Virus record (IMG/VR): IMGVR_UViG_650716025_000004
Length of the DNA stretch: 64,000 nt
Origin: a virus
Reading direction: 5' to 3' (one strand)
Each line of letters begins with the position of its first letter. Within the stretch, counting starts at the first letter, position 1. Made by a program: the position numbers and the translations under genes. The notes under the pieces are model-generated. The model saw only the letters and a list, made by a program, of their open reading frames with translations, did no database searches and was not told the origin of the DNA. Shown piece by piece: positions 10,324 to 21,212 of the stretch.

Positions 10324-10692
10324 TTATTTTTCTTCCCATTTACCTATTTGAAATTTACTTCCTATTTTTTTCTTAACTAAGTCTAATAATTGATATTTTT
10401 CAGTATTATATTTAATTTCTTTTTTATTGTCTTCATCAATATACTCAATCTTATCTGTTATTTCATTAAAATCAATGGTTGTAACAGTTTTATAAATATT
10501 ATTTTTATCTAGTTTTAAATTAACTGATTTACTATTCTTTTTCTCAACTAACGTATTTAAATTGTAAATTCCATTTTCTTTATAAAAAGCTTCTTTTTCA
10601 TTATTATCTTTAGGTTGCCCTAATTCATAAAATGAAGATTTTAAAGAGTAATAATTGTTATTTTGTTTTATTAGATATTTTTTTACACTCAT
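10324..10692 (-). CDS. Tail-fibre-associated small protein
   Basis: KKYLIKQNNNYYS motif shared with C-terminal parts of the neighbouring fibre proteins. Confidence 0.5.
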   Translation of the reverse strand: MSVKKYLIKQNNNYYSLKSSFYELGQPKDNNEKEAFYKENGIYNLNTLVEKKNSKSVNLKLDKNNIYKTVTTIDFNEITDKIEYIDEDNKKEIKYNTEKYQLLDLVKKKIGSKFQIGKWEEK

Positions 10693-10971
10693 ATTTTACC
10701 TCCTTCATTCTTCTATTTACTCTCGTTTACGCTATTTTTCACGTTATAATTTACCATAAATTCAACCTTTTAAACACTTTAATTTATAAAATAAACTCAT
10801 CTAAAATAACTCTTTCTACTTGTTTGCATTTATCACATTTTCTTGTATAAACAAATTTGAAGCTATCATTAACTATGATAACTTCAGTGTTATTTTCATA
10901 TTTCCATTCATGGATACAATTATATATTAATCCTTTTTTAATTATTTTATTATCTTCCATTTCACCACCAC

Positions 10972-12468
10972 CTACATTATAAAAGCGTAAACTTTTAATT
11001 TATTAATTCTATCTTCAGCAATCTCATTGATTGTTACCCTTCCGTACATATCACTAATTTCCATAGCTTGTACCTTGACGTGACCATCTAGATCAGTCTT
11101 CATATTAACTAATACACGGCCATTCAATTGACTTAATGCTATAACTTTTACTTGTCCTTGTATTTGAGTAACAGGTTGTACTTTTATTTGTCCTTTAAAA
11201 CCTACTGGATTAACTTTAGCTCTTCCTGTTAATTCTGATTTTAATATAGTAGTTATCTGACCTTGCATATCATTATAAGTACGATATGTAGGTTTTACAC
11301 AACCATACAATTCATTTTTATAATATATATCTACTTCACCGTTTAATGAATCATCTTTATAATTATAAATTAAAGCCTTACCATCTAATTCTTTATGATC
11401 AGAAATTTTACCAATTGCATCTAAACTGATTTTTTCTAATGGTTTAACAGTAATTCTTCCCATCATGCTATCTTGTTTAGCAATTTTGATACTTCCTCTA
11501 AGTAATTCATTCCTAACAAACATATCACCCTGCAAATCAACCTTATATGTTGGATGATAAACTTTAACACGACCATTTATACCATTATGATAGCTGACAG
11601 AGATATTCCCTTCTAGTTCGTTCATATTGTGAGTGTGGATAATTCCATCTAGTGAGCTATCGCCCGAATGCCTAAATACACCAATTTGACCTTGCAAATC
11701 AGATGTTTCGGTTCTTCTAACTCTCATGTGGCCTTTCATTACAGAATTAGTGCCGTTAAATAAGTCTGCGTCTATGTATTCTACTATCAATTGAGGTTTG
11801 TTTTCACTTTCTCTACTACTAAATTGCTTTACTTGTTTGATGTTTTCGTCATAACTTTTTAATATTAAACCTTTATTATTTATATCTTTGTATAACCATT
11901 TTAAAGCTATGTCAGTTATATCAATATCATATATAGTTTTGTCTTTTTCTAAATTTACTATATCTACTACTTGGGATCTAGAAGGTTGCCCGCCCCATAC
12001 AACATTATATTCTCCCCAATCATTAGTAGGTAATGACACCTCTAAGTTATTGAAACTTTTCATGTCATATGAATATAATCTCAGCTTAATACTACATATA
12101 TGATATATTTTAGGAACTTTTGATAAATCAAATTGAATTAGACTTCTAAATATATTGCCTTTATCATCCATTCCTATTTTAAAACTACTTCTATCTCCAT
12201 AATTTAAAGTCTTATTTTCAGTTGTTACATATGTATCTTTAATACTACTGAATGCAATATGTTCTCTTGTAGGAATATTAGCTTCAAATATTGCTTCCAT
12301 TTTGTTTTTAGGTGTTCTATGAATTCTAACATTACCTTGTAATGTATCGTTTTTATCACTTACATTTACTTTCCCTTGTAATATATCATTGTGTTTATGC
12401 CATGTTACATTAAAGGTAGCTTCCATTTTATTTTTAAATATCTTATTCACAGTTAACACCTCACTCAT
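10972..12468 (-). CDS. Tail protein with DNRLRE-type carbohydrate-binding domain and repeated beta-strand motifs
   Basis: RSLIQFDLS...LRLY...FSSRESENKPQLIVEY, followed by many (L/M)xGx(V/I)xV repeats. Confidence 0.6.
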   Translation of the reverse strand: MSEVLTVNKIFKNKMEATFNVTWHKHNDILQGKVNVSDKNDTLQGNVRIHRTPKNKMEAIFEANIPTREHIAFSSIKDTYVTTENKTLNYGDRSSFKIGMDDKGNIFRSLIQFDLSKVPKIYHICSIKLRLYSYDMKSFNNLEVSLPTNDWGEYNVVWGGQPSRSQVVDIVNLEKDKTIYDIDITDIALKWLYKDINNKGLILKSYDENIKQVKQFSSRESENKPQLIVEYIDADLFNGTNSVMKGHMRVRRTETSDLQGQIGVFRHSGDSSLDGIIHTHNMNELEGNISVSYHNGINGRVKVYHPTYKVDLQGDMFVRNELLRGSIKIAKQDSMMGRITVKPLEKISLDAIGKISDHKELDGKALIYNYKDDSLNGEVDIYYKNELYGCVKPTYRTYNDMQGQITTILKSELTGRAKVNPVGFKGQIKVQPVTQIQGQVKVIALSQLNGRVLVNMKTDLDGHVKVQAMEISDMYGRVTINEIAEDRINKLKVYAFIM

Positions 12469-13612
12469 TTACAGGTGTAGCCTGTGTATCTATTTCAAAA
12501 GTAAAATCGCTATATTCAAATTCTAAACCTAGTTCTACTTGTAAATATAATTTTATTTTCTCTTTGTCTTTTAACAGTTCTTTATGTAATTGTTCATTAT
12601 CATCCATAATATTTTCTAAATTAAATCCATAGTGAATTGTTAATTCTTTAGGAAAATTATTTTTATTAATGCACACAGATAAATCCTTGATATCTTGCCC
12701 ACAGTTATTATAAATATATACATACTTCATATCGCTACGAGTACCTGCCAATATCTTACCAAAATCAAGTTTTTTTAATATATCGCCTATATTGTTAGAA
12801 TAATATTTATTCTTATCATCAATAAACAATAACCCTGTATATTCACCCATAAATGTATATATAAATTGATTAGTCTCGCCCCAATTATCTTGTACATTTA
12901 TGATTATTGTATTTAACTTATTTACTATCATATCAGTAGATTTAATTAATAGGTTATTAGATAATGGCTTTTGAAATGCTGTATATTCTCCATCTATAGG
13001 ATATATTATTCTTCCATTTAGTTTAATTTGATATTTTATCAAATCTCCTTCACTATCGTCTATTTCATAGTGAAGTTTCCCAGCATCTATCGTAGCTATT
13101 ATAGTAGGTTTTTCATTATATAAAATAACTTCTTTTTCTTTAGAAAATTCTTTTTTGTTTTCTGTTATTACTGCAACCTTAACTTTATATGAATTAACAG
13201 ATGTTGTTATCAAATTAATAGGAATAGTTATAGTTTCATTTACATCTATATATGTAAATTTATCTTGGTAATCTTTGATAGTTTGTAGCACCGAACCATC
13301 TGTATTTATAAAGTCAACTTTATATTTGTATCCTAATTTAACCAATCCATTAACCCTTAATTTATCTATGTCTTTTTCTTCATCATCTATATCTTCATCA
13401 AAACTATCCACTCTAATATAATCATCAAAATTAAAATTTATAAAACTTCCATCACCATTTCCTGTAGACTCTTTTTCTGAATAGATATATTCTTTATACC
13501 ATGTATCTGAATCTTCAGTGATAGGTTTATCTATTTTAAAACTAAATTCAAAATCTTTATTTTTATTTACTAATAATCTGCCTTTACCAATATCAATATT
13601 AACTTTTGCCAT
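12461..13612 (-). CDS. Virion tail/baseplate-associated protein
   Basis: Synteny; overlapping translational coupling. Confidence 0.5.
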   Translation of the reverse strand: MAKVNIDIGKGRLLVNKNKDFEFSFKIDKPITEDSDTWYKEYIYSEKESTGNGDGSFINFNFDDYIRVDSFDEDIDDEEKDIDKLRVNGLVKLGYKYKVDFINTDGSVLQTIKDYQDKFTYIDVNETITIPINLITTSVNSYKVKVAVITENKKEFSKEKEVILYNEKPTIIATIDAGKLHYEIDDSEGDLIKYQIKLNGRIIYPIDGEYTAFQKPLSNNLLIKSTDMIVNKLNTIIINVQDNWGETNQFIYTFMGEYTGLLFIDDKNKYYSNNIGDILKKLDFGKILAGTRSDMKYVYIYNNCGQDIKDLSVCINKNNFPKELTIHYGFNLENIMDDNEQLHKELLKDKEKIKLYLQVELGLEFEYSDFTFEIDTQATPVNE

Positions 13613-13626
13613 ATAAATTCACCTCC

Positions 13627-14244
13627 TTAGTTTCTTACTATCCAAGTGAGTTGTCCACCTTTATCCTTTTGCAGAGGTGCGTATATATTATATTGTTTAA
13701 AGTTGTTTACTTTTATCACTATTTCACCATCTAAATCTTTATTTGAAACTAGTCTAATTTGAAAATTAAATGGTTGATCTTGAGAAATATTTAAGATAGG
13801 TTTGAAATAAAATTCTATATCATCTTTTATTACTTTAGTTTTATATCCTAAATTATATCCATATATATTAAAGCTTCCGTGATACCCTGTTTTAGTGTTG
13901 AAGTCTGAGTATACATTTTTAAAATAAATCAAATCATTATATAGTTGAAAGTTATTTGTAAGTGTATATTCTTTATCTTTAGTTTTATATAAAAAGTCAA
14001 TTTTATTACCATTTATATAAAAACTGCCCGTTGGAATATCAAAATAAATTCTTATACCATGTCCAACAGTTCCAAATCTTAATAAGTTATTTCTATTTTC
14101 AATTTCTTTAACACTTATATATTCATTTTTATCAGGATTATATTCAAAAAAAAGAGTACCATTTAGGTACTCTCCTGCAAACATAAAATCCATTTCTCTA
14201 CTAAAAGAATATGGATATATATTATTAAGTTTATTTTCTATCAT
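13627..14244 (-). CDS. Virion tail-associated protein
   Basis: Synteny, SD aggaggt. Confidence 0.5.
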   Translation of the reverse strand: MIENKLNNIYPYSFSREMDFMFAGEYLNGTLFFEYNPDKNEYISVKEIENRNNLLRFGTVGHGIRIYFDIPTGSFYINGNKIDFLYKTKDKEYTLTNNFQLYNDLIYFKNVYSDFNTKTGYHGSFNIYGYNLGYKTKVIKDDIEFYFKPILNISQDQPFNFQIRLVSNKDLDGEIVIKVNNFKQYNIYAPLQKDKGGQLTWIVRN

Positions 14245-14288
14245 TTATTTTTACCTCCTCATTGTATTGAGTTTTGTTTTTAATTAAC

Positions 14289-14903
14289 TTATACATTGTA
14301 ATAAATTCTTACTATAAATTTATTATCTTGAGCATCTGCATGAGCAGGTACTTTCATTTGTAATTTAATTTTCGCATAGTTATTTTTAGATGAATCTGTT
14401 TCGTATTTACCATCATTCATTTTACCACTTATTCCACCTACACTTACACCATTACCAGTTTTGCTACCTAATGCTGTTACTTGAATGTCCTTTTGTGTTA
14501 AAACACCTTTTTGCATTTCTGAACCAATAGGAGTATATTTTAAGTCTTTTTCATTCATCGAGCTTAACACTACGCCTGCTTGTATCCATTGTTCTTGGAC
14601 TAACGGACTTTTCATTTCGCCTGCTATATAATCACTAAAAGTTCCATCTTTAATTGTTATTCTGCAATTAGTCATATCAGGTACATTCTCATAACTATCT
14701 ATACTTCCATCTGGTTTTTTATTATTCCAAATATAAAATGTATGTCTTGTTAGTTCAGGGTTATTATCAGCATCAACAATACCCAAATCCCATAAATTAT
14801 TTGACACTGGTCTTTGTTTCAATTTACCATCACTTGTATCTATATAATCTTCATGCCAACTTACTATTGGTTTTAATTTTGTTGCCATATTATCACACTC
14901 CAC
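14289..14903 (-). CDS. Virion tail-associated protein
   Basis: Synteny; likely start at MATKL (SD ggagtg). Confidence 0.5.
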   Translation of the reverse strand: MECDNMATKLKPIVSWHEDYIDTSDGKLKQRPVSNNLWDLGIVDADNNPELTRHTFYIWNNKKPDGSIDSYENVPDMTNCRITIKDGTFSDYIAGEMKSPLVQEQWIQAGVVLSSMNEKDLKYTPIGSEMQKGVLTQKDIQVTALGSKTGNGVSVGGISGKMNDGKYETDSSKNNYAKIKLQMKVPAHADAQDNKFIVRIYYNV

Positions 14904-14914
14904 TTTAATTATTT

Positions 14915-16282
14915 TTAAATTAATATATCTACATAAACAGATATATTTTCTATTCCATTACCTACGTGCTTAAAATTTAATCTAAAACAGTCATCTTTGT
15001 TTACTTTATTGTTTAAAATAGAACATTTTGAAGATGAATATGCACCATAGTCAAACATAATTTCTTTATTATCTTCACAAATATTAATCCAGTTATCTAG
15101 TCCTTTGTTAAAATCTGTTATTTGTATTTTTTGTACTTGGATAGATGTAAAATCTACACTAGGTTTTTGACATATTGCATTAATATTTGTTATTTGTCCA
15201 TTCATAGGAAACTTAACAAACACGTCTTGAACACCTTGTTTAAATTTATTTAAAGGTAATTCAAAAATTATTGTTTTAGTATGTACATAAGATGGTAAAG
15301 CACTTTTAGCTTCTTCACCTACATAGTTCTTTTGTGCATCGTCTTCTATTCCTTTTAACTTAATAAAGTCATTTTTAGATAATAAGCCGTTTATTTCTTC
15401 AGTGGCAAGAGTTATGCCACCAGTAATATTAGTAATAAACTGCCACTTAACACCATCCCACCTATACCATTCTCCATTTGTTGTGATTACACAATCGCCT
15501 ACTTCTGGATGAGGATAATCTTTTTCTATTTCAGCTAAGGTTTTCACATCCTTACCTGCCAACCATTGTATCTTTGTGTGTAATCTATCGATTTCCAACA
15601 ATTCTAATTCTCTTTTGGCTATTTTAGTTTGCTCATCGCAATTCTTAGTTGCATGAATGCAACCTTGAGTAACTACAATACTTTCATTAGTTGTATCAAT
15701 ACACTTATCTCTAACTTGCTCAGTTTCTTTTTTTACTCTTAAACTATCTTCTGATATTTTCTTACACTCATCAGTTTGTTTTTTACAAATGGCAATATGA
15801 ATGTCCATTTCATCAATTTTTTTCTTTACAAGATTTTTAAGATATTCTATATACTCAGTAATCTCTTGAGTTTTTTCAAATATAAAATCGATAAACTCTT
15901 GTAAATTATCAATTACCCAAGGATTGGGATTGTGCACCCATATACGCTCAGCAGGAAACTGAAGAACTCCTCTGCCTTTGTATTCAATTTTAACAGTCTT
16001 GCCTTCCTCAGTCGGATTGAAATACAGAACTCCATTATCATATTCTACATAGAATTGATTACTTTTAATTTCTCGTGTTTTATAGTAAGTATTTTCATCT
16101 ATCTCAACATAATCTTCAATTCTAACATGATATAATGGGTCTGGTATCTCGTCTAAGTTTAATTTGTTATTGATTATTTTTTCTTGTGTAACTTTTAATA
16201 CATATGGATCACTTGCTTTACCACTTCTAAGTAAATGTCTAATGGTATCAAAATACTTTAACCTAATCAAAGAATTATTCAC
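14915..16282 (-). CDS. Tail fibre/baseplate protein with central coiled coil
   Basis: Beta-rich N-terminus, coiled coil, YRWDGVKW fibre-type motif. Confidence 0.55.
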   Translation of the reverse strand: MNNSLIRLKYFDTIRHLLRSGKASDPYVLKVTQEKIINNKLNLDEIPDPLYHVRIEDYVEIDENTYYKTREIKSNQFYVEYDNGVLYFNPTEEGKTVKIEYKGRGVLQFPAERIWVHNPNPWVIDNLQEFIDFIFEKTQEITEYIEYLKNLVKKKIDEMDIHIAICKKQTDECKKISEDSLRVKKETEQVRDKCIDTTNESIVVTQGCIHATKNCDEQTKIAKRELELLEIDRLHTKIQWLAGKDVKTLAEIEKDYPHPEVGDCVITTNGEWYRWDGVKWQFITNITGGITLATEEINGLLSKNDFIKLKGIEDDAQKNYVGEEAKSALPSYVHTKTIIFELPLNKFKQGVQDVFVKFPMNGQITNINAICQKPSVDFTSIQVQKIQITDFNKGLDNWINICEDNKEIMFDYGAYSSSKCSILNNKVNKDDCFRLNFKHVGNGIENISVYVDILI

Positions 16283-16308
16283 CTCCTTTGATAATATTTT
16301 TAATTAAT

Positions 16309-16494
16309 TTATTTATTGGTTGTTTTATTATCATTAGTCATATCAACACTTTCTATTGGTGAATTGAAACACTCTATTATTTCATTCATTGCTTGTATTT
16401 CTTTCAGCCCTTTTAGTTCAACCCTATCTAAAAATAACATTAAATTGTGTGCTACATTTTCATTAATTTCATACTTTTGCATTTCAAAAAACAT
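16309..16494 (-). CDS. Small phage structural/chaperone protein
   Basis: SD aaggag, tail module. Confidence 0.5.
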   Translation of the reverse strand: MFFEMQKYEINENVAHNLMLFLDRVELKGLKEIQAMNEIIECFNSPIESVDMTNDNKTTNK

Positions 16495-16516
16495 CTCCTT
16501 TTTTATTTTATTAAAA

Positions 16517-16879
16517 TTATTTACTTATGAATAAATTATCACTTCCACTTACAATTTTACCTTCAAGGTCATCGCCTGATACTGAACATCCAACATATGC
16601 AATTCCTTTACCTTTTTCAAACATAATAAAGCTTCCTTGTTTGATTATAGCTGTTGTTTCTAAAGAATCATAATGTCCTGAATGAGGATAGTGCTTATGT
16701 ATCTTTACGATATCCCCTACTCTAGCTATAGGTTTTCCCTTTTCAAATATAATAGAACTACCGCTCACTATTTCACCTGTAAAAGTTCCTGACTCACTCC
16801 TTGTCTTTTTATTTCGCCTATATTCACCATAACAAGTTCCCTCTACCTTATCTCCAACCCTTGCTATTGCTTTACTCAT
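16517..16879 (-). CDS. PAAR-like protein
   Basis: Three ARVGD/AYVG repeats with GxIxxGS spacing (AIARVGD, PIARVGD, GIAYVG). Confidence 0.7.
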   Translation of the reverse strand: MSKAIARVGDKVEGTCYGEYRRNKKTRSESGTFTGEIVSGSSIIFEKGKPIARVGDIVKIHKHYPHSGHYDSLETTAIIKQGSFIMFEKGKGIAYVGCSVSGDDLEGKIVSGSDNLFISK

Positions 16880-16937
16880 AATTAATCACCTCTTTCATAA
16901 GACTCTATTTTTAAAAATAAAAAAACACCTAATATAT

Positions 16938-17636
16938 TTAAATACTAGGAGTTCGTATCGCATCTTCTTCCTCTTTGTCTTGTATATAATTTTCATAATT
17001 ATATATACACTCATTACATTTTTCTAATTTTTCGATATTCAACATTTTACCGAGTCTAATACCTATTTCACTTATTTCATCTTCGCTTATTTCATTTTCT
17101 TTAACTTGTCCAAAAAGACTACTTATATGAACAAAACGAGCATCCTTTAGCATTAAGATTCTATTCCATGGCTGACCGTTTGGTCTTACTACAGGGATAT
17201 AATATAAATGATAAAACTCTTCACTTCGTTTTATAATGGCTTTATATTCTCGTTCTCTTTGTTTATATTCATCTCTTGAAGTACATTGATTTAATATCGG
17301 TTCTTTTAAAGTCTGAATTGGTATAACAAATACATTATCATGATATTGTTTTGAAAATTCTATATCTTCAAAAATTAACACTGGTCTAGATTTAGCTCTA
17401 GATACTACCAAAATATCCTCTTTCGCTTTAGTATGACCATTATTATCTTTAGCGGGTACAAATCCATCATTTTTAAATACCAATTTCCCAGAAGCTTCAT
17501 TTCCTTCCTGTCTGTTATTAAATAATTGTCTTTGTTTTGATGTATCATCAAATTCAAAGAAACCTAATGGATTATGTTCAATAAATTGAAAACCTGTTAA
17601 AACTATAGAATTGTTTTTTAATGAGTTAAAATCCAA
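16938..17636 (-). CDS. PemK/MazF-like toxin (cassette 1)
   Basis: AKSRPVLIFED...VFVIPIQT...ILMLKDARFV, PemK fold pattern; follows a small acidic-tailed ORF. Confidence 0.6.
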   Translation of the reverse strand: MDFNSLKNNSIVLTGFQFIEHNPLGFFEFDDTSKQRQLFNNRQEGNEASGKLVFKNDGFVPAKDNNGHTKAKEDILVVSRAKSRPVLIFEDIEFSKQYHDNVFVIPIQTLKEPILNQCTSRDEYKQREREYKAIIKRSEEFYHLYYIPVVRPNGQPWNRILMLKDARFVHISSLFGQVKENEISEDEISEIGIRLGKMLNIEKLEKCNECIYNYENYIQDKEEEDAIRTPSI

Positions 17637-17657
17637 TATAGTATCCCCCTCTTGATC

Positions 17658-17921
17658 TTACATTTCTTTCAAATCATCTGTGTTGTCAATCATAAAATCT
17701 TCTAAATATGTATCATCATCATAAATTAAATGTTCAGTTGCATCCATTCTTTCTTCTTTAGTAAAGTGATATGCCTGATTTTCTCGTACCTTCTTTTTGT
17801 AATCAAATAAATTAATTACCTTACTCATAATTATCACCCCATTGTTTGTGACTATTTTTTTCCATTTATAATTAACAGATATATTTTTCTTATTAGAACT
17901 TGTCCATTTCTCTATCTTCAT
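17658..17921 (-). CDS. Putative antitoxin with MKIEKWTS leader (cassette 1); second start at 17828
   Basis: SD aaggggtg at 17921, second SD ggggtg+ATG at 17828, acidic C-terminus. Confidence 0.65.
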   Translation of the reverse strand: MKIEKWTSSNKKNISVNYKWKKIVTNNGVIIMSKVINLFDYKKKVRENQAYHFTKEERMDATEHLIYDDDTYLEDFMIDNTDDLKEM

Positions 17922-18125
17922 TTTAACACCCCTTATACCCTATTTCAATTAAAATATGTTATATTAACCTACATTTTACATATAATTATTTTAGTCAATA
18001 TATATACATTAACTAATTTAAAATAAACACACTTATATTTTACCATATTTTGTAATTAGGAGATAAGGGTAATTTACACTTTTAGCTAACAAAAATAACT
18101 ACTTATTTAAAAGTAGTTATTTTAA
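17890..18125 (-). repeat. Shared TA-cassette head module, copy at cassette 1 (most divergent)
   Basis: Retains SD+MKIEKWTS, atattttacca and the terminator repeat. Confidence 0.65.
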
Positions 18126-18190
18126 AATTCTTATATTTATAATATCTATAACTCTAATGGGTTTTTATCATATATGATAACTTAAATATT

Positions 18191-19162
18191 TTATTCTTTG
18201 GGTGTTAACTGTACACTATTTAATCCTTTTATATCCATTATATCATTATCATCTAAATCTATAATAACTTCTTTGACTCCATTATCTCCTAAGATTTCAT
18301 TTACCTTTGTACTTCCGTCAGAACCATGTACCATGAAGTTCCCGCTTCCCTTTGATATACTAGCTTGGTATCTTCCTTTTGTTATATCAGTACCAACTAT
18401 CCAGTATCCAGAATATATATTTGTATTTTGATATGGTATCAAGCTTGATTTTATAGGTGTAAAATTAGCACTCATTCCTTTAAGTTCTATTTTAGAACCT
18501 TCTGGTAATATAGCCTTATACTTTTTTATTTCATAGCCACCAATCTCATTTACTAAAACACTACCATCAGAACCATATACTATGAGATTTCCACTTCCAT
18601 TAAATGTTACATTATAGCTTCCCTTAGCTATATGCTTGCCAACTATATGACTTCCTGCACTTAGCTTTTTACTATTTTCTTTAACGAACTGATCCCATTT
18701 TTTATTTTCTTCAATTTTTTCTGTTTCAGCTCTCTTTTTGTCTTCTAATTCCCACTCCTTAACTTGTATATCTCTTTCCTTGCATAATCGTTCAAAATCA
18801 GATTTTATTGATTGTTTATCTGAACCACCTATATTTTTGTATTTATCTTCTATTTCTGAAAATTTAGTTCTTTGATTTACATCAAAATCTTTATAATGTT
18901 TCTTTAATAATTCTCTATCTTCCATAGTTAAAGTATTCTTGTTTTCTTTTTTTGATTCTGTAGTAATTGTGTTATCTTGATTAGGTGTAGATGACCCAGT
19001 TGGAAGAGCTATCGATATAATTGCTAATATAATAGATCCTATTAGCATCTTTTTATTTTTACTATTATTATCCTTCTTAATAATTCCTTTAATAATTTGA
19101 AATAATGAAAATAAGAACAAACCACATGCTATTATAAATAATATAAGCGTAAAAGTAAGCAT
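18191..19162 (-). CDS. Membrane-anchored protein with duplicated GxxxVGxDIxxGxY domain
   Basis: Two N-terminal TM helices; SAGSHIVGKHIAKGSY and YSGYWIVGTDITKGRY repeats. Confidence 0.7.
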   Translation of the reverse strand: MLTFTLILFIIACGLFLFSLFQIIKGIIKKDNNSKNKKMLIGSIILAIISIALPTGSSTPNQDNTITTESKKENKNTLTMEDRELLKKHYKDFDVNQRTKFSEIEDKYKNIGGSDKQSIKSDFERLCKERDIQVKEWELEDKKRAETEKIEENKKWDQFVKENSKKLSAGSHIVGKHIAKGSYNVTFNGSGNLIVYGSDGSVLVNEIGGYEIKKYKAILPEGSKIELKGMSANFTPIKSSLIPYQNTNIYSGYWIVGTDITKGRYQASISKGSGNFMVHGSDGSTKVNEILGDNGVKEVIIDLDDNDIMDIKGLNSVQLTPKE

Positions 19163-19241
19163 ATTTTTTCCTCCTTAAAATTTTGTCGTAGTTATATATT
19201 ATAATAAGTATAAGTATTAATAAAAAAAATTCCTGAAGATT

Positions 19242-19574
19242 CTAGTTTACAAATTCCGTATTTTTAACTTTCCATTTTTCTAAAGCTATTCCCAACCAAA
19301 AACTATAAATTCCACAAGTAATAATAGTTAATAGAAGCCATTTAATCCAATTTCCAAATAACCCAACAGCTGTTCCCCTAAATATTAACCTCTTACCATT
19401 AATTACTGTATGATTAGTTTTCCATCCAAATACCATACATAATGCCCATGGGTAACATATTCCTACTGTACATACTGTTATTATAAATCCTAATAAAGTC
19501 CATCCTATAAGTTGAAATAATCCACCATCAAAATATGATGCTTCTATTTGTTTATTTGTGTTTAATTCGCTCAT
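19242..19574 (-). CDS. DUF898-like small membrane protein
   Basis: SYFDGG...TVGICYPWA...FxGT..GLFG...IT.GIY.FW pattern. Confidence 0.65.
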   Translation of the reverse strand: MSELNTNKQIEASYFDGGLFQLIGWTLLGFIITVCTVGICYPWALCMVFGWKTNHTVINGKRLIFRGTAVGLFGNWIKWLLLTIITCGIYSFWLGIALEKWKVKNTEFVN

Positions 19575-19821
19575 ATTTTCACCTCCTTACATGGGATATT
19601 GTAACATAATAATACATAATTGTGTATTTTATTCAATATTTAGAATTATTATACTAGTGCAATATATTATAAACTAAACAATTACTGAAAACTAAATTGA
19701 TTCTTATTATTATCATTTATAATCAGCCAAATGAACTCTAGTTGGTTAATTATTTAATTATAGATAACAAAAAGAACTACCTCATTCTAAAGTAGTTCTT
19801 TACATATATTCATATTTAATT

Positions 19822-19938
19822 TTACTCTTCGGTATCTTTAGTATATGTACTTTCACTTCTAGTTCTTTTCCCATATCTATATTCACCATAACAAACCCCC
19901 TCTACCTTATCTCCAACCCTTGCTATTGCTTTACCCAT
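19822..19938 (-). pseudogene. Chimeric remnant: PAAR-gene 5' copy fused to toxin 3' end
   Basis: MGKAIARVGDKVEGVCYGEY (copy of 16879 start) + ESTYTKDTEE (copy of the 49049 ORF end and its terminator). Confidence 0.75.
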
Positions 19939-20054
19939 AATTAATCTCACCTCTTTTATAAAATTCTATTTTTAAACAAATAAAAAACTCTTATAACAAT
20001 TGTTAATTTATAATAATTTAAAATAAAAAAAGAAACTTCTCTAATAAAGTTTCT

Positions 20055-20684
20055 TTAATTAGTAATTTTCTTACTATTTTCATTATAACTTAGTTCAATT
20101 CTATAATTTTCTTTAACATTTATAAAAACCCACTCTGTAATAAAGTCTTCATTATTAAGCAGCTCATCACCAGAATAATTATATAATATGAAATTACTTA
20201 ACACAATATCATAACTATTCTCACCAATTTTCTCAAATCGTCTTAATTTACCTAAATATATTAGTTGTTCTGTACTTAAAAATACTTTAATCCACATACC
20301 AGACTCAAAATCTACAATCTCTGACATTATATCAGTTTTTAAAGATCTACTAATTTTTATTTTTTTAAGAGCCTTACTACTTAATTCACTTTGAATAAAA
20401 ATAGAACATATGTATGATATTACTATAGAAAAAATAAGTGTCAAAATAATGCTTTTGGGAGATGAAACATCTATAACTTTTTTAAATAAGCTTGATATTA
20501 AATATTCAAAATTTATTATTATATAACTAATAACTATACATTTTAATATTAAATTTTTATCTTCTTCCTTTTTTTTATTTACTATAAAATCTTTTATACT
20601 TATAAAAACATAACCTGGTAATATATAAATAATTAATATTGGCAGTATACTAATAAAGTCCTTAATTTTTAAAAAATCAACCAT
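20055..20684 (-). CDS. DUF6338-like membrane protein
   Basis: ILPGYV N-terminal TM helices, soluble C-terminal domain; TAATG coupling to the upstream gene. Confidence 0.55.
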   Translation of the reverse strand: MVDFLKIKDFISILPILIIYILPGYVFISIKDFIVNKKKEEDKNLILKCIVISYIIINFEYLISSLFKKVIDVSSPKSIILTLIFSIVISYICSIFIQSELSSKALKKIKISRSLKTDIMSEIVDFESGMWIKVFLSTEQLIYLGKLRRFEKIGENSYDIVLSNFILYNYSGDELLNNEDFITEWVFINVKENYRIELSYNENSKKITN

Positions 20685-21007
20685 TACTTTTGTCTCGGTG
20701 GTTTCCTAGGAGCAGATGTCAATGTAGGAGGTACACTTTGGCTACCTCTTTCATTAAAATAATCACGATTACTATTATGGGAAATTTCAATATTCCTATC
20801 ATCGCCATTTTGTTTTATATTTGATTTATCATGCAACATTTTTATCACCTCTTCATTATTTATTTTCGACGTATTTTCCTTTTTTCCTCCTAAAACTGAT
20901 TTTTTATTTTGGGAAACTATACATATAATAAAAATAATTATAAAAAAAGTCATCCATGGATGTTGCAAACACCATTCTTTCATATTTAACCTCCAACATT
21001 TATTCAA
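20684..21007 (-). CDS. Small single-TM protein
   Basis: One hydrophobic helix; start may be the later MKEWC. Confidence 0.5.
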   Translation of the reverse strand: MNKCWRLNMKEWCLQHPWMTFFIIIFIICIVSQNKKSVLGGKKENTSKINNEEVIKMLHDKSNIKQNGDDRNIEISHNSNRDYFNERGSQSVPPTLTSAPRKPPRQK

Positions 21008-21212
21008 TATTAATAGGATATACTCATAAGTAATAAAACATTCTTATTCAACCAATTAATCACAAAACTCTTCTATTATTTTAATTTTTTATATTTGAAT
21101 ATAATGATAATATATTTTGATATTAGTCTTTTTTATTCCTGATTACGTGTAATCACTAATCATATTTGTATACATAACAAAAATAACTACTTAATCAAAA
21201 GTAGTTATTTTT

